From contig NW_021832919.1 in assembly GCF_006345805.1 (NCBI RefSeq), positions 1-29,253 on the forward strand: a stretch of DNA of 29,253 nucleotides. The letters run 5' to 3'. This document shows, in pieces, positions 10,278 to 21,606 of the stretch (within the stretch, counting starts at the first letter, position 1; every line of letters begins with the position of its first letter). The DNA comes from Octopus sinensis. Its lineage: Eukaryota. The notes beneath the pieces were generated by a model. It was given only the letters and a program-made list of their open reading frames with translations, was not told where the DNA came from and searched no databases. A program made the position numbers and the translations under genes.

Positions 10278-10943
10278 CAGGGGTTGGACAAAATAATGGA
10301 AACACCTAGCATCACAGCATCATAATTTTGAAATATCTATAAAACCGTCAAAAGATTGTTCATTTTTATGTTGTTTGATTTATTATTAGTGTGGTTTAAT
10401 AAGCTCTGCTAAAATTGCTGTTTCTTTTCAGATATCATCAAAAAAGGTAATTAAAATTCATTAAAATGACAGATCTGTTGAACTTTCGAAGAGGTCAAAT
10501 TGTTGGTGCTCGTATGGCAGGCGGTAGCGTAACAAAAACAGCCGAAATGTTTGGTGTATCATGAAGTACTGTCTCGAAAGTAATGGCAGCCTTTGAAAAA
10601 GAGGGAAAAACCACCTCGTTGAAACAAAACTACGGAAGAAAACCAAAACTTTCAGATAGGGACGTCGGACTCTTAAGCAAATTGTTAGAAAGGATCACAA
10701 AAGTACGTCTCCTAAAATTACAGCAGAGCTTAATGACCAACTCGAGAACCCAGTTGCCATAAAAAGTGTTTGCCGGGAGCTGCACGAAGCCGGATTTCAA
10801 GGGAGGGCTGCAATCAGAAAACCACGACTTTCAAAAACAAACGTTGCAAAGCGTTTTGAGTGGAGTAAAAACCTACAGAATTGGTCCCCATATTGAAATA
10901 AATTTGTTTGAAATTTGAAGGTGTTTCCAATATTTTGTCCAAT

Positions 10944-10948
<5 letters not shown>
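10278..10948 (+). mobile_element. Internally deleted Tc1-family DNA transposon
   Basis: ~29-bp TIRs cagggttggacaaaataatggaaacacct / tagggattggacaaaatattggaaacacct, with TA on both sides. Confidence 0.9.
10466..10889 (+). pseudogene. Tc1 transposase N-terminal DNA-binding region; DDE domain deleted
   Basis: MTDLLNFRRGQIVGARMAGGSVTKTAEMFGVS*STVSKV...GRKPKLSDRD, frameshift, RRTLKQIVRKDHKST...IRKPRLSKTNVAKRFEWSKNLQNWS. Confidence 0.85.
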
Positions 10949-10995
<47 letters not shown>

Positions 10996-11010
10996 GTGTA
11001 TGTATGTATG

Positions 11011-11150
11011 TATTCTTTTACCCTTCTATTCTTTTATTTGTTTCAGTCGTTTGCCTGCGGCCATGCTGGAGCACCGCCTTTAGTCCAAAACACACCACCC
11101 TCGGTTGTCAAGCGACGTTGGATGGGTGGGGAGGACAATCACAGATACAC
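11011..11150 (-). mobile_element. Internally deleted tail-B fragment
   Basis: gcggccatgctggagcaccgcctttagtc is joined directly to acacaccaccctcggttgtcaagc. Confidence 0.75.
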
Positions 11151-11332
11151 ACACACACACACACACACACATCAGTGGATCATATATCAGGAAAAAAAAG
11201 GAGCATCCTCTAAAAATTAGATCAGGAACGTATTTACATGAAACTAAATATATGTCCGGTGATGGGGTGACCAAGTGACCGTTGGTTCACTCTGTGACCG
11301 GAGGACATACATTTCACTGCAAATAAATACAT

Positions 11333-11733
11333 ATTCTCTTTTTCTCTTTTTACTTGTTTCAGTCATTTGACTGCGGCCATGCTGGAGCACCGCCTTTAGT
11401 CGAGCAAGTCGACCCCAGGACTTATTCTTTGTTAAGCCTAGTACTTATTCTATCGGTTCTCTTTTGCCGAACCGCTAAGTTACGGAGACGTAAACACACC
11501 AGCATCGGTTGTCAAGAGATGTTGGGAGGACCAACAGACACACAAATACACACATATATATATACATATATACGACGGGCTTCTTTCAGTTTCCGTCTAC
11601 CAAATCCACTCACAAGGTTTTGGTCAGCCCGAGGCTATAATAGTAGAAGACACTTGCCCAAGGTGCCACGCAATGGGACTGAACCCGGGACCATGTGGTT
11701 GGTAAGCAAGCTACTTACCACACAGCCACTCCT
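11333..11733 (-). mobile_element. SINE A+B, full length
   Basis: Reverse complement of the 8830-9240 architecture. Confidence 0.92.
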
Positions 11734-11789
11734 ATGACATTTCTGTGATACACGATCCCTATCTATAAATAGATCTATCTTTAGATATC

Positions 11790-11790
11790 T

Positions 11791-11851
<61 letters not shown>

Positions 11852-11945
11852 GGCTAGAGTGGAAGACCCATGATCAAGGTGCCACGCAGTGGGACTGAAC
11901 CCGGAACAATGTTGTTGGGAAGCAAGCTTCTTAACTGCACAGTCC
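11790..11945 (-). mobile_element. (GATA)n tract followed by a diverged head-A fragment (11860-11945)
   Basis: caaggtgccacgcagtgggactgaacccggaac. Confidence 0.7.
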
Positions 11946-12276
11946 CATATGCAGCTGAACTAAACTAGATTTCGAAAGCTTTTAATTCCCTTAAAAACAC
12001 ACAGAAAAGAAAGAAAGAAGAAATAAAAAATTGGAATATTTCTGTCTACCGCAGAGCAACAGCGGCAATAAACAAACGGAACAGCAACAACAATATCAAC
12101 AACAAAAGCAACAGAACCGAATTTCAGATTATGAGCTCGTAACTTGTCCCTGGTTACCCCCGGCTCCGTGTCAACGACTGGAACAGCTCCCTTCCCCGCC
12201 ACCCCACCCCCGGGCCCACCTCTGCCGTCACCACTTGACGTCTCTTTGCCTTCGCCGACCGATCCTTGATATTCGC

Positions 12277-12620
12277 CATCACCACCACCACCACCACCAC
12301 CACCAACACCACCACCACCACCACCACCACAACTACCACCACCACCACCACCACCGTCACCACCACCACCACCGTCACCAGCAGCAACAAGAACAAGAAT
12401 AAGAACAACAACACCGCCACCATTTTTAACTTCCTTTTTTTCTTCTTCTTCTTCTACGTCCCCCCTCCTCGAAAAGCAACACCTTTTCAGTTTTTTTTCT
12501 TCTCCTCTACCACCACCACATCACCCCCCCAAAAAAAAACTACCACCACCACCACATCACCACCCCCACCACAACCACCACCACACACCACCACCACCAC
12601 CACCGCCACCACCGTTACCA
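12277..12620. repeat. Interrupted (CAC)n/(CAA)n/(TTC)n low-complexity region
   Basis: Directly visible; the poly-His/Thr ORFs are translations of it. Confidence 0.9.
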
Positions 12621-12908
12621 TTTCAAAAAGCATATCCGGCTCTCGGACAGCATTCTTCGAAGTTAAATCTCATTATTAATGACGTGGAGGGTACCTTCTT
12701 TCCTCCCCCCGCTCTCCCTCCCTTCTCTTTCTTTCTATCTCTCTTTCTTTCGTCCTTTGTTTCTTTGTTTCTTTCTTTTTTTTTGCTAATTTCCTGGGTG
12801 GTAGACACATCACGCCACCTGGCTTAATGAATGTCTTCCGAGCAGTTTTCAACTCTGTTGCAATCTTTCAGGTCGACCTGAATTCCGGCCATAGGTTACC
12901 CTGACATA

Positions 12909-13100
12909 TCAATTTCTTTACTACCCACAAGGGGCTAAACACAAAGAGGACAAACAAGGACAGACAAACGGATTAAGTCGATTACATCGACCCCAGTGCG
13001 TAACTGGTACTTATTTAATCGACCCCGAAAGGATGAAAGGCAAAGTCGACCTCGGCGGAATTTGAACTCAGAACGTAACGGCAGACGAAATACGGCTACG
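12909..13100 (-). mobile_element. SINE C, single copy lacking the A box
   Basis: tttctttactacccacaagggg ... gaatttgaactcagaacgtaacggcagacgaaatacggctacgc. Confidence 0.9.
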
Positions 13101-13269
13101 CGCACCTTTGCCCTTCAAACTTCTCCTGTAAACTGAAAAAACCACAACGAAACCCGTTGCTCAGCCTCTTATCTTTTTCTCTAACATCCGTGGACATTTC
13201 ACCCTTAATCCCTATCGTCGATCCGCAACCTGTTCCTCTCACAAACACAGATATCTGAACCCTTGTCTT

Positions 13270-13735
13270 TGTGGTGGAAGGAAGACCGGAAGCAGGGGTG
13301 AAGGAGAGAAATGACGTCACGTCGGCGAGTGAGAAGAAAAGGTTCCCTAATTTTTCATGCTAATAGGGATAGAGAGGAGACGTGATGAAGAGGTCGTGAC
13401 AACAAGTGATAACAATTGTACAATCTGCCGACGGTACCCGGCGACAAGTCGACGTAAGAACGACTTCTTTTTCGTGCTCTCAAAGCACCAGCTGTTTCGA
13501 CACTTTGGTACCAAGTGTGAGGATATGTCCGAAAAATGGATTTTTTAAAAATATATTCTTCTGTTGCTCCTGTTCTTTCTCGTTTATTTTTGCAATGACC
13601 ACAAAAATCAGAATTGGCCACAAAAATCAAAATCGGTAGTGATGTGTTGAGACCGTTCACTGGCGAATGCAGCGTGGTGGCCTGGATAAAGAAGGCGAGA
13701 ATCGTGGTGAAGCTGCGGGGAATAGAAGATGTGGT
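13270..13735 (+). mobile_element. 5' end of a Ty3/gypsy-like LTR retrotransposon: LTR, PBS, gag start
   Basis: TG at 13270 to CA at 13502 (left edge inferred), then 3 nt, then tggtacca at 13506. Frame 13614+ reads IGSDVLRPFTGECSVVAWIKKARIVVKLRGIEDV, resembling the RPFxGEGDVVAWxKKxxLVAxL Gag N-terminus of invertebrate gypsy elements. Confidence 0.55.
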
Positions 13736-14544
13736 GAAGGCTGTACAGAATCCTTCCTTTCCCTTCTTCACAATCACTGTAAAAGAAGTATTCTGACTGT
13801 AACCATCCCATCTGTTCTCTCTTTAAAAAAAGGGGACACAACATTACCTGATGTATCCTTTTGTAAGATTTAATTTCAAAGAGATTTGGTTGCTATTTCT
13901 AGCTAGTCATATAACCCTGTTGTCGGCAATGTTTCTCTGGCAGCCATAGAGTTTCAGTTATGACCATCTGTTCATTCCAGTCATTCTGTCTTTAGAACAC
14001 CCCCAGCTTCTTCTCCACTACTCTCATCTTTCCTTTCTCTCTTTCACTAATATTGATATCTGTTTCTGAAAAGTTGGCTATTTCCCCCACAACCACCCCC
14101 TGTACCCAATGCTTCATCCCCAGAACATTCCTCTTAAAGGTGTTGACCATAACAGTTTAAACAAAACACTACAACAGACTTGTGAGGTTCTATGTCCATA
14201 TTAAAATCAATGAGGATATTAAAATATCCGGATGGTGAATGTATATCGGTAATCCAAATGGATGAGAAAGTTGGTATAAAATGATTTTAAATGGAATATT
14301 GAGCAGGTGCAAAGTCCGACGGCTGTTTCGAGAAGGTATAGGTTGGTGGTACGGGTGAGTTAATTCCAACCATAACAATTATTTATATTTCTCTCGTCAG
14401 AGTTTTTATCAAAAGGATTCATGAAGGGCCTATTTAAATCTTAAAGTTTTAAGCAACATGAAAATTCTAAGAATTTTTAAAAAATCGAATGCTGTGTCGG
14501 AATATAAACCGGATGATATAATAAGGACTAAAATTACACACTCT

Positions 14545-14794
14545 TACTCTTCCTCTTTTACTCTTTGACTTGTTTCAGTCATTTGACTGCGGCCATGCTG
14601 GAGCACCGCCTTTATAGTCGAGCAAATCGACTCCCCAGAGCTTATTCTTTGTAAACCTAGTACTTATTCTATCGGCCCCTTTTGCCGAACCGCTATGTTA
14701 CGGGGACGTAAACACACCAACATCGGTTGTCAAGCGATGCTGGGGGGGGGGGACAAACACACAGAAACATATACACACACACACATATACAAAT

Positions 14795-14842
<48 letters not shown>

Positions 14843-15222
14843 CGAACACAAGACAGCTAAAAAACAACCACGTGGATTGTATTGAGACCAGTAAGAAACA
14901 ATTATGAACTTTTCTATTACACTTAACTTTTAAAATATTTTTGATAAGGTTCGTTTTTTTCAAGAACCGAAACATGTAAGATTTCTAAGAAAATTAAAAT
15001 TTATCTTATATAGTGGCGTTTTCAAACTTCTTTTTTACAAATATATATATATATATATATCAACATATACGACGAGCTTCTTCCAGTTTCCGTCTACCAA
15101 ATCCACTCATAAGGCTTTGGTCGACCCGAGACTATAGTAGAAGATGCTTGCCCAAAATGTCACGCAGTGGGACAGAACCCGGGACCATGTGGTTGGTAAG
15201 CAAGCTACTTACCACACAGCCA
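14545..15222 (-). mobile_element. Tail B (14545-14770) and head A (15065-15222) separated by microsatellite plus ~190 bp of unrelated DNA
   Basis: Both halves are on the same strand in normal order; 14840-15030 is foreign. Confidence 0.75.
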
Positions 15223-15277
15223 CGAAACTATAAATAATAGTGCAGTTCTATATTTATTTAAGAGATGAGGAATTATT

Positions 15278-15373
15278 TACATTATTTACATTTGACGGAT
15301 ATTTGTTCTCATCTTGTTTGGTGTTAACAACAAACAAGATGAGGACAAATATCCATCAAATGTAAATAATGTA
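15278..15373. repeat. Near-perfect 96-bp hairpin
   Basis: tacattatttacatttgacggatatttgttctcatcttgtttg / caaacaagatgaggacaaatatccatcaaatgtaaataatgta, 2 mismatches in 43 bp. Confidence 0.92.
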
Positions 15374-15388
15374 CATAATATAGATAAT

Positions 15389-15581
15389 AGGCACAGGAGT
15401 GGTTGTGTGGTAAGTAGCTTGCTAACCAACCACATGGTTCCGGGTTCAGTCCCACTGCGTGGCATCTTGGGCAAGTGTCTTCTGCTATAGCCCCGGGCTG
15501 ACCAATGCCTTGTGAGTGGATTTGGTAGACGGAAACTGAAAGAAGCCTGTCGTATATATGTATATGTATATATGTGTGTGT

Positions 15582-15631
<50 letters not shown>

Positions 15632-15861
15632 GTGTGTCTGTGGTTGTTCCCCTAGCATTGCTTGACAACCGATGCTGGTGTGTTTACGTCCCCGTCACTT
15701 AGCGGTTCGGCATAAGAGAGACCGATAGAATAAGTACTGGGCTTACAAAAAGACTAAGTCCCGGGGTCTCGATTTGCTCGACTATAAAGGCGGTGCTCCA
15801 GCATGGCCGCAGTCAAATGACTGAAACAAGTAACAGAGGTAAAAGTGTAAAGAGTAAAGAG
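15389..15861 (+). mobile_element. SINE A+B, full length
   Basis: Same architecture as 8830-9240. Confidence 0.92.
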
Positions 15862-16382
15862 TGTTTTAAGATGAATTCAAATATATTAAAGAGTAATTAT
15901 GTTAAAATCGTACAGACTGATTCGACTAAAAGGCCATTCTTCAAGGCTCTGCTCCGGCATGGCCGCAGCCAAATATCTGAAACAACTGAACGACAAAAGA
16001 TCTGCAAAAGTACACGAAACCTAGATTTTTCTAGAAAAAGAATCAGATGAACACTTGAAAGTCTTCAAGTGGTTGAAAGAATGTTAACAAGGCCCGTGGA
16101 CTTTTCTCCCGTTTAGAATTCCACTCGTCTCTGCCTACTCCACACATCCTGTTGCGCTCACGGACGCAAACTTCTAAAGCCCTTGTCTTATCCATCTGCG
16201 CTGTCCAAGCCCCGCTCCCTACTCTAACATGCGCGGGCTTGGGTCATCATAGTTTTATCTTTTGATCTTTCAATTGTTTCAATCATTGAGGATGCGGCCA
16301 TGCTGGAACATAACCTTGAATTTTCTGGGTTTTTTCTGTATTTGTATTTGCGTGTTATTTGAACAAATCGACACCAACACTT

Positions 16383-16592
16383 GTTCTTCGTGTTCTTCTT
16401 CTTCTTCTTGTTCTTGTTCTTCTTCTTCTTCTTCTTCTTCTTCTTCTTCTTCTTCTTCTTCTTCTTCTTCTTCTTCTTCTTCTTCTTCTTCTTTATCATC
16501 ATCATCATCATCATCATCATTATTATTATTATCATTATTATTATTATTATTATTATTATATTATTATTATTATTATTATTATTATCATTATT

Positions 16593-16637
<45 letters not shown>

Positions 16638-16667
16638 GGTGGTGGTGGTGGTGGTGGTGGCGGCGGC
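16383..16667. repeat. Compound trinucleotide microsatellite (TTC)(ATC)(ATT)(GTT)(GGT)(GGC)
   Basis: Directly visible. Confidence 0.97.
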
Positions 16668-16853
16668 CGCACTGCCAAATTCCCGCTCGAAATATATAGT
16701 TTTCAAAGTGACAACTAGTCACTAATCTATAACTTGGAAAATTACTATTCGTTCTAAACCAGGACTGCCATGTTATGTTGGCAAATAATCTTTACTCCAA
16801 AGTACTGTTGCTGAATATCTCTCGTTGTGAGATTTACAAATAGTAAATTAACA

Positions 16854-17022
16854 AGCAGGAGTGGCTGTGTGATAAGTAGCTGGCTTACGAACCACATGGT
16901 TCCGGGTTCAGTCCCACTGCGTGGCACCTTGGGCAAGTGTCTTCTACTATAGCCTTGGGCCGACCAAAGCCTTGTGAGTGGATTTAGTAGATGGAAACTG
17001 AAAGAAGTCCGTCGTATATATG

Positions 17023-17109
<87 letters not shown>

Positions 17110-17336
17110 GTGTGTGTGCGTCTGTGTTTGTCCCCCTAGCATCGCTTGACAACCGATGCTGGTGTGTTTACGTCCCCGTCACTTAGCGGTTCGGCGAAAG
17201 AGAACCGATAGAATAAGTACTGGGCTTACAAAAGAATAAGTCCCGGGGGTCGAGTTGCTCGACCATAAAGGCGGTGCTCCAGCATGGCCGCAGTCAAATG
17301 ACTGAAACAAGTAAAAGAGAGAGAGTAAAAGAGAGT
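16854..17336 (+). mobile_element. SINE A+B, full length, with long internal (GT)n
   Basis: Same architecture; internal tract about 17014-17119. Confidence 0.92.
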
Positions 17337-17686
17337 AAGATCCGTGGACTTTTCTCACAAAATAGATCCTACTCTTCAATACCCACTTACACATCCTCTC
17401 GGAGACACGAATTTCTAAAACCCAACCTACAATCCATTTCCGAAGTTCTGCTCTCTACTCAAAGACCACTTCAAAAGGCAGTACAGGCACGCACATAGAT
17501 TCCTCTCACCATGTTTCTGAGCTCTCTCGTTTAGATTTCAGCAATAAAGACTTCCAGTGAATCTAGTTCAAAGTCTCCTCCGCATCATCGTCCAAAATGC
17601 TCTTCGAACCAGCCGTAATTCAGGGCATCCATTCACGAGTGTTCCCGCCACACGCTGACTTTGTTTCCTCATAACTTTCAGAAACG

Positions 17687-18032
17687 TACTCTTTTACTCC
17701 CCTTTTACTTGTTTCGGTCATTTGACTGCGGCCATGCTGGAGCACCGCACTGAAGCGTTCAAGTCAAACAAATCGACTCCCCCAGAGCTTATTTCTTGGG
17801 TCTAGTACTTATTCTATCGGTCTCTTTTGCCGGACCGCTAGGTGACGGGGACGTAAACACACAAACACTGGTTGTCAGACGGTGATGGGGGAACAATCAC
17901 ACAAACAGACACAAACACACACACACATATGCGAAGGGATTCTTTCAGTTTCCGTCTACTAAATCCACTCACAAGGCTTTGGCTGGCCCGTGGCTATAAT
18001 AGAAGATATTCTCACAAGGTGCCACGCAGTGG
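17687..18032 (-). mobile_element. SINE A+B, 5'-truncated
   Basis: Tail B at 17687-17930; head A stops at gccacgcagtgg before the Pol III boxes. Confidence 0.85.
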
Positions 18033-18145
18033 ATATTTTGAATGTAATGTTCTACAAATACATTCCAGATTCTATAAATTCCGATAATATTAAAATTCAG
18101 TGCCTGTAAGGAGTGCGCTTGCGCAGACACATATACAAGATATAA

Positions 18146-19139
18146 AGGCGGTGAGCTGGCAGAATCGTTAGCACGCCGGGCGAAATGCGTAGCCGTATTT
18201 CGTCTGCCGTTACGTTCTGAGTTCAAATTCCACCGAGGTCGACTTTGCCTTTCATCCTTTCGGGGCCGATAAATTAAGTACCAGTTACGCACTGGGGATC
18301 GATGTAATCGACTTAATCCCTTTGTCTGTCCTTGTTTGTCCTCTCTGAATTTAGCCCCTTGTGGGTGGTAAAGAAATAGGCATTTCGTCTGCCGTTACGT
18401 TCTGAGTTCAAATTCCGCCGAGGTCGACTTTGCCTTTCATCCTTTCGGGGTCGATGTAATCGACTTAATCCGTGTGTCTGTCCTTGTTTGTCCTCTCTGT
18501 ATTTAGCCCCTTGTGGGTAATAAAGAAATAGGTATTTCGTCTGCCGTTACGTTCTGAGTTCAAATTCCGCCGAGGTCGACTTTGTCTTTCATCCTTTCGG
18601 GGTCGATAAATTAAGTACCAGTTACGCACTGGGGGTCGATGTAATCGACTTAATCCGTTTGTCTGTCCTTGTTTGTCCACTCTATGTTTAGCCCCTTGTG
18701 GGCAATAAAGAAATAAGAAACGTTAGCACGCCGAGCGAAATGCGTAGCCGTATTTCGTCTGCCGTTACGTTCTGAGTTCAAATTCCGCCGTGGTCGACTT
18801 TACCTTTCATCCTTTCGGGGTCGACAAATTAAATACCAGTTACGCACTGGGGGTCGATGTAATCGACTTAATCCGTTTGTCTGTCCTTGTTTGTCCACTC
18901 TATGTTTAGCCCCTTGTGGGCAATAAAGAAATAAGAAACGTTAGCACGCCGGGCGAAATGCGTAGCCGTATTTCGTCTGCCGTTACGTTCTGAGTTCAAA
19001 TTCCGCCGTGGTCGACTTTGTCTTTCATCCTTTCGGGGTCGATAAATTAAATACCAGTTACGCACTGGGGGTCGATGTAATCGACTTAATCCCTTTGTCT
19101 GTCCTCTATGTTTAGCCCCTTGTGGGTAGTAAAGAAATA
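18146..19139 (+). mobile_element. Head-to-tail pentamer of SINE C
   Basis: Full head with A box tggcagaatcg at the 5' end only. Units begin at about 18146, 18380, 18532, 18720 and 18938; each has gagttcaaattcc and ends taaagaaata. Confidence 0.93.
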
Positions 19140-19397
19140 TATATTTTGAAATTTGACATGAAAATTATGAAGAAAGAGTTCATTTTTTATGTTCATTTAT
19201 CAAAAAAAAAAAAACTAATAATAAATTCGCAGGCGACATATGCAAAAGCGATTAGTGAAACGCCATGGTTTTTCGTGTAATCGTCTGACTCTCTTTGGAA
19301 TACTCAAACCATCTTGAATTTCATAAGAGCTAATTCACTCAGATAAAATTCCTCATGAAGTGTTTGGAAGAAATAATTTTAAAAGAATGTATGTATA

Positions 19398-19495
19398 TTA
19401 CTCTTTTACTTGTTTCAGTCATCTGACTGTGACCATGCTGGAGCATCGCCTTTAGTCGAGCAAATCGACCCCAGGACTTATTCTTTTTGGAAGCC
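19398..19495 (-). mobile_element. Tail-B fragment
   Basis: tactcttttacttgtttcagtc...gaccccaggacttattc. Confidence 0.8.
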
Positions 19496-19597
19496 TATTC
19501 GTTTCAAATACACTGTTTTTGTTTCAATTAGTTTAGAAAATGATGAAGAGTTTGGCCAAATAACTGTCGTTGTTAACGGCTTTCTATCGAAATCATC

Positions 19598-19976
19598 GGA
19601 TCTTTTCCGTTTGACCGGCAGTTTTCTTAATATAATTTCTAGTTAACTAAACACTTTTAAACTTCGTATACTGGTAGAATGTGTTTATAAAATATCTTTT
19701 TCTCTTGGCTTTATTGAGAAAATTCTATAGTTTGTAAGATATTTGTTGTCTTTTTTCCTTCAATTTCTGCAATTTCAACCAATCAATGACGTCTATTGGA
19801 GGTGAAAACATTCTGTGCCGTATGAATATGTCCCTCGTTTAAGAAACAGATTGGGTTTATTTACATTTACCCTAAAACAGATTGAAATGCAATAGATCGA
19901 TACTAGGGTCATTATTATGGGTGACAATTTCATATGACACCGCTAGAGAAAACTGCCGTTCAAACCGAAATGATCC
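19598..19976 (-). mobile_element. Merlin-like MITE with 8-bp TSD
   Basis: TIRs ggatcttttccgtttgaccggcagtttt / aaaactgccgttcaaaccgaaatgatcc. TSD aaatcatc at 19590-19597 and 19977-19984. GG termini plus an 8-bp TSD fit the Merlin superfamily. Confidence 0.8.
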
Positions 19977-20130
19977 AAATCATCTTGGTCGCCCAACTTC
20001 CACAGATTCCCATAACCCTCTGTCGTCATCCAGTTTAATTATTACAAATTTTGATTGTGATCTTCAGTCATAGTGAATCTTTAGCTGTGTGATTATAAAG
20101 CATCTCTTGGTTTACAAAGGAATCTTGTAT

Positions 20131-20548
20131 ACCTATTTCTTTACTACCCACAAGGGGCTAAACATAGAGGGGACAAACAAGGACAGACATAGGTATTAAG
20201 TCGATTACATCGACCCCAGTGCGTAACTGGTACCTAATTTATCGACCCCGAAAGGATGAAAGGCAAAGTCGATCGGCGGAATTTGAACTCAGAACGTAGC
20301 GGCAGACGAAATACCTATTTCTTTACTACCCACAAAGGGCTAAACATAGAGGGGACAAACAAGGACAGACATAGGTATTAAATCGATTATATCGACTCCA
20401 GTGCGTAACTGGTGCTTAATTTATCGACCCCGAAAGGATGAAAGACAAAGTTGACCTCGGCGGAATTTGAACTCAGAACGTAACGGCAGACGAAATACCG
20501 CTAAGCATTTCGCCCGACGTGCTAACGATTCTGCCAGCTCACCGCCTT
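20131..20548 (-). mobile_element. Head-to-tail dimer of SINE C
   Basis: Complete head at 20548; internal junction gaaatacctatttcttt at about 20309-20325. Confidence 0.92.
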
Positions 20549-20625
20549 TGATGAAACAATATATAGACAGATGTAGGCTCCAAACTAGATTCAGGATAGT
20601 TGATTGATAATGTATTATACACAAC

Positions 20626-21606
20626 GTGATTGGATCCGCGTTCCAATCCCGAGCAATACTCGACCAATCAAAACACAGGACTCGACCGATGTCCCAAACT
20701 CAGTGTCAATGGTGGTTCCAGAATATCCGAGCCGGAAGCTACAGCCTAGAAAACGAGTCTCGTACTGGAAGATCTGCAGAGCTCGACGAGGGCGTCCTGC
20801 AAACCCTGATGGAACAAAATCCCATCGTAACTGTTGAGGAACTAGCAGAGAAGCTTGGATTTGGTCATTCAACCATTCATCGACACCTGCATGCCATTGG
20901 AAAAGTTAGCAGATTGGGTCAATGGCTTCCCCATAAACTTTCCGAGTCTAATCGTGCGCAGAGAGTGAATGTGTGCCCTTCTTTGTTGCCATGTCTCATG
21001 AATGAACCTTTTTTGGGGTCGAATAGTGACTGGTGACGAAAAATGGGTTCTCTATAAAAATGTGAAGTGCCGAAGACAGTGGCTAAGGAAAGGAGAAACA
21101 CCAGGGCCCCAGGCTAAAGAAGGTCTTCACTCACATAATGTGTTGTAATCTGTTTAGTGGAATATGAAAGGTTTAGTCCACTTTGAACTTTAAAACCTAA
21201 ACCAAATGATAACAAAGGAGATCTACTGCGAGCAGCTTGAGCGGCTTAAGTCAGCAGTCGAAGAAAAACGACCATCTTTAGTTTCAGATGAAAGATATTC
21301 TTCCATCTGGGTAATGCTCAGCCACTTACAGCAAGGATGACATTCCAAAGGCTGGAGCAGTTTGAATGGGAAACGATGCTTCACGCACCATATTCACCAG
21401 ACATTGCCTCATCTGATTATCATTTATTCCGTAGTCTTCAAAATCATTTGGACGGGAAAAATATGAATTCTGTAGACGAGGTCAGAACAGTACTGGGAGA
21501 GTATTTTCCGACACGGTCAAGTGAATTTTGGAAGAGGGGCCTTGCAAGTCCAGCAGATAGATGGAAGAACATCGTAGAAAATTAAGGAGAGTATATTTTA
21601 GATTAA
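20626..21606 (+). pseudogene. Mariner (DD34D-type) transposase pseudogene
   Basis: Motifs WWFQ..GR, WLPHKL (WVPHEL-like), IVTGDEKW, HLGNAQP (second Asp replaced by Gly) and PYSPDIASSDYHLF. Two frameshifts and internal stops. 3' TIR-like end gaatgaaccaa+TA at 21685-21687; no 5' TIR seen. Confidence 0.92.

Noticed and set aside
12031-12679. Poly-His/poly-Thr ORFs as a real low-complexity protein or mucin
   Set aside because: All frames are explained by (CAC)n, with no domain or convincing splice structure. The nearby pyrimidine tract at 12720-12790 leads to no recognisable exon.
13355-13777. 140-aa minus-strand ORF
   Set aside because: It is antisense to the LTR/PBS/gag segment and has no recognisable motif.
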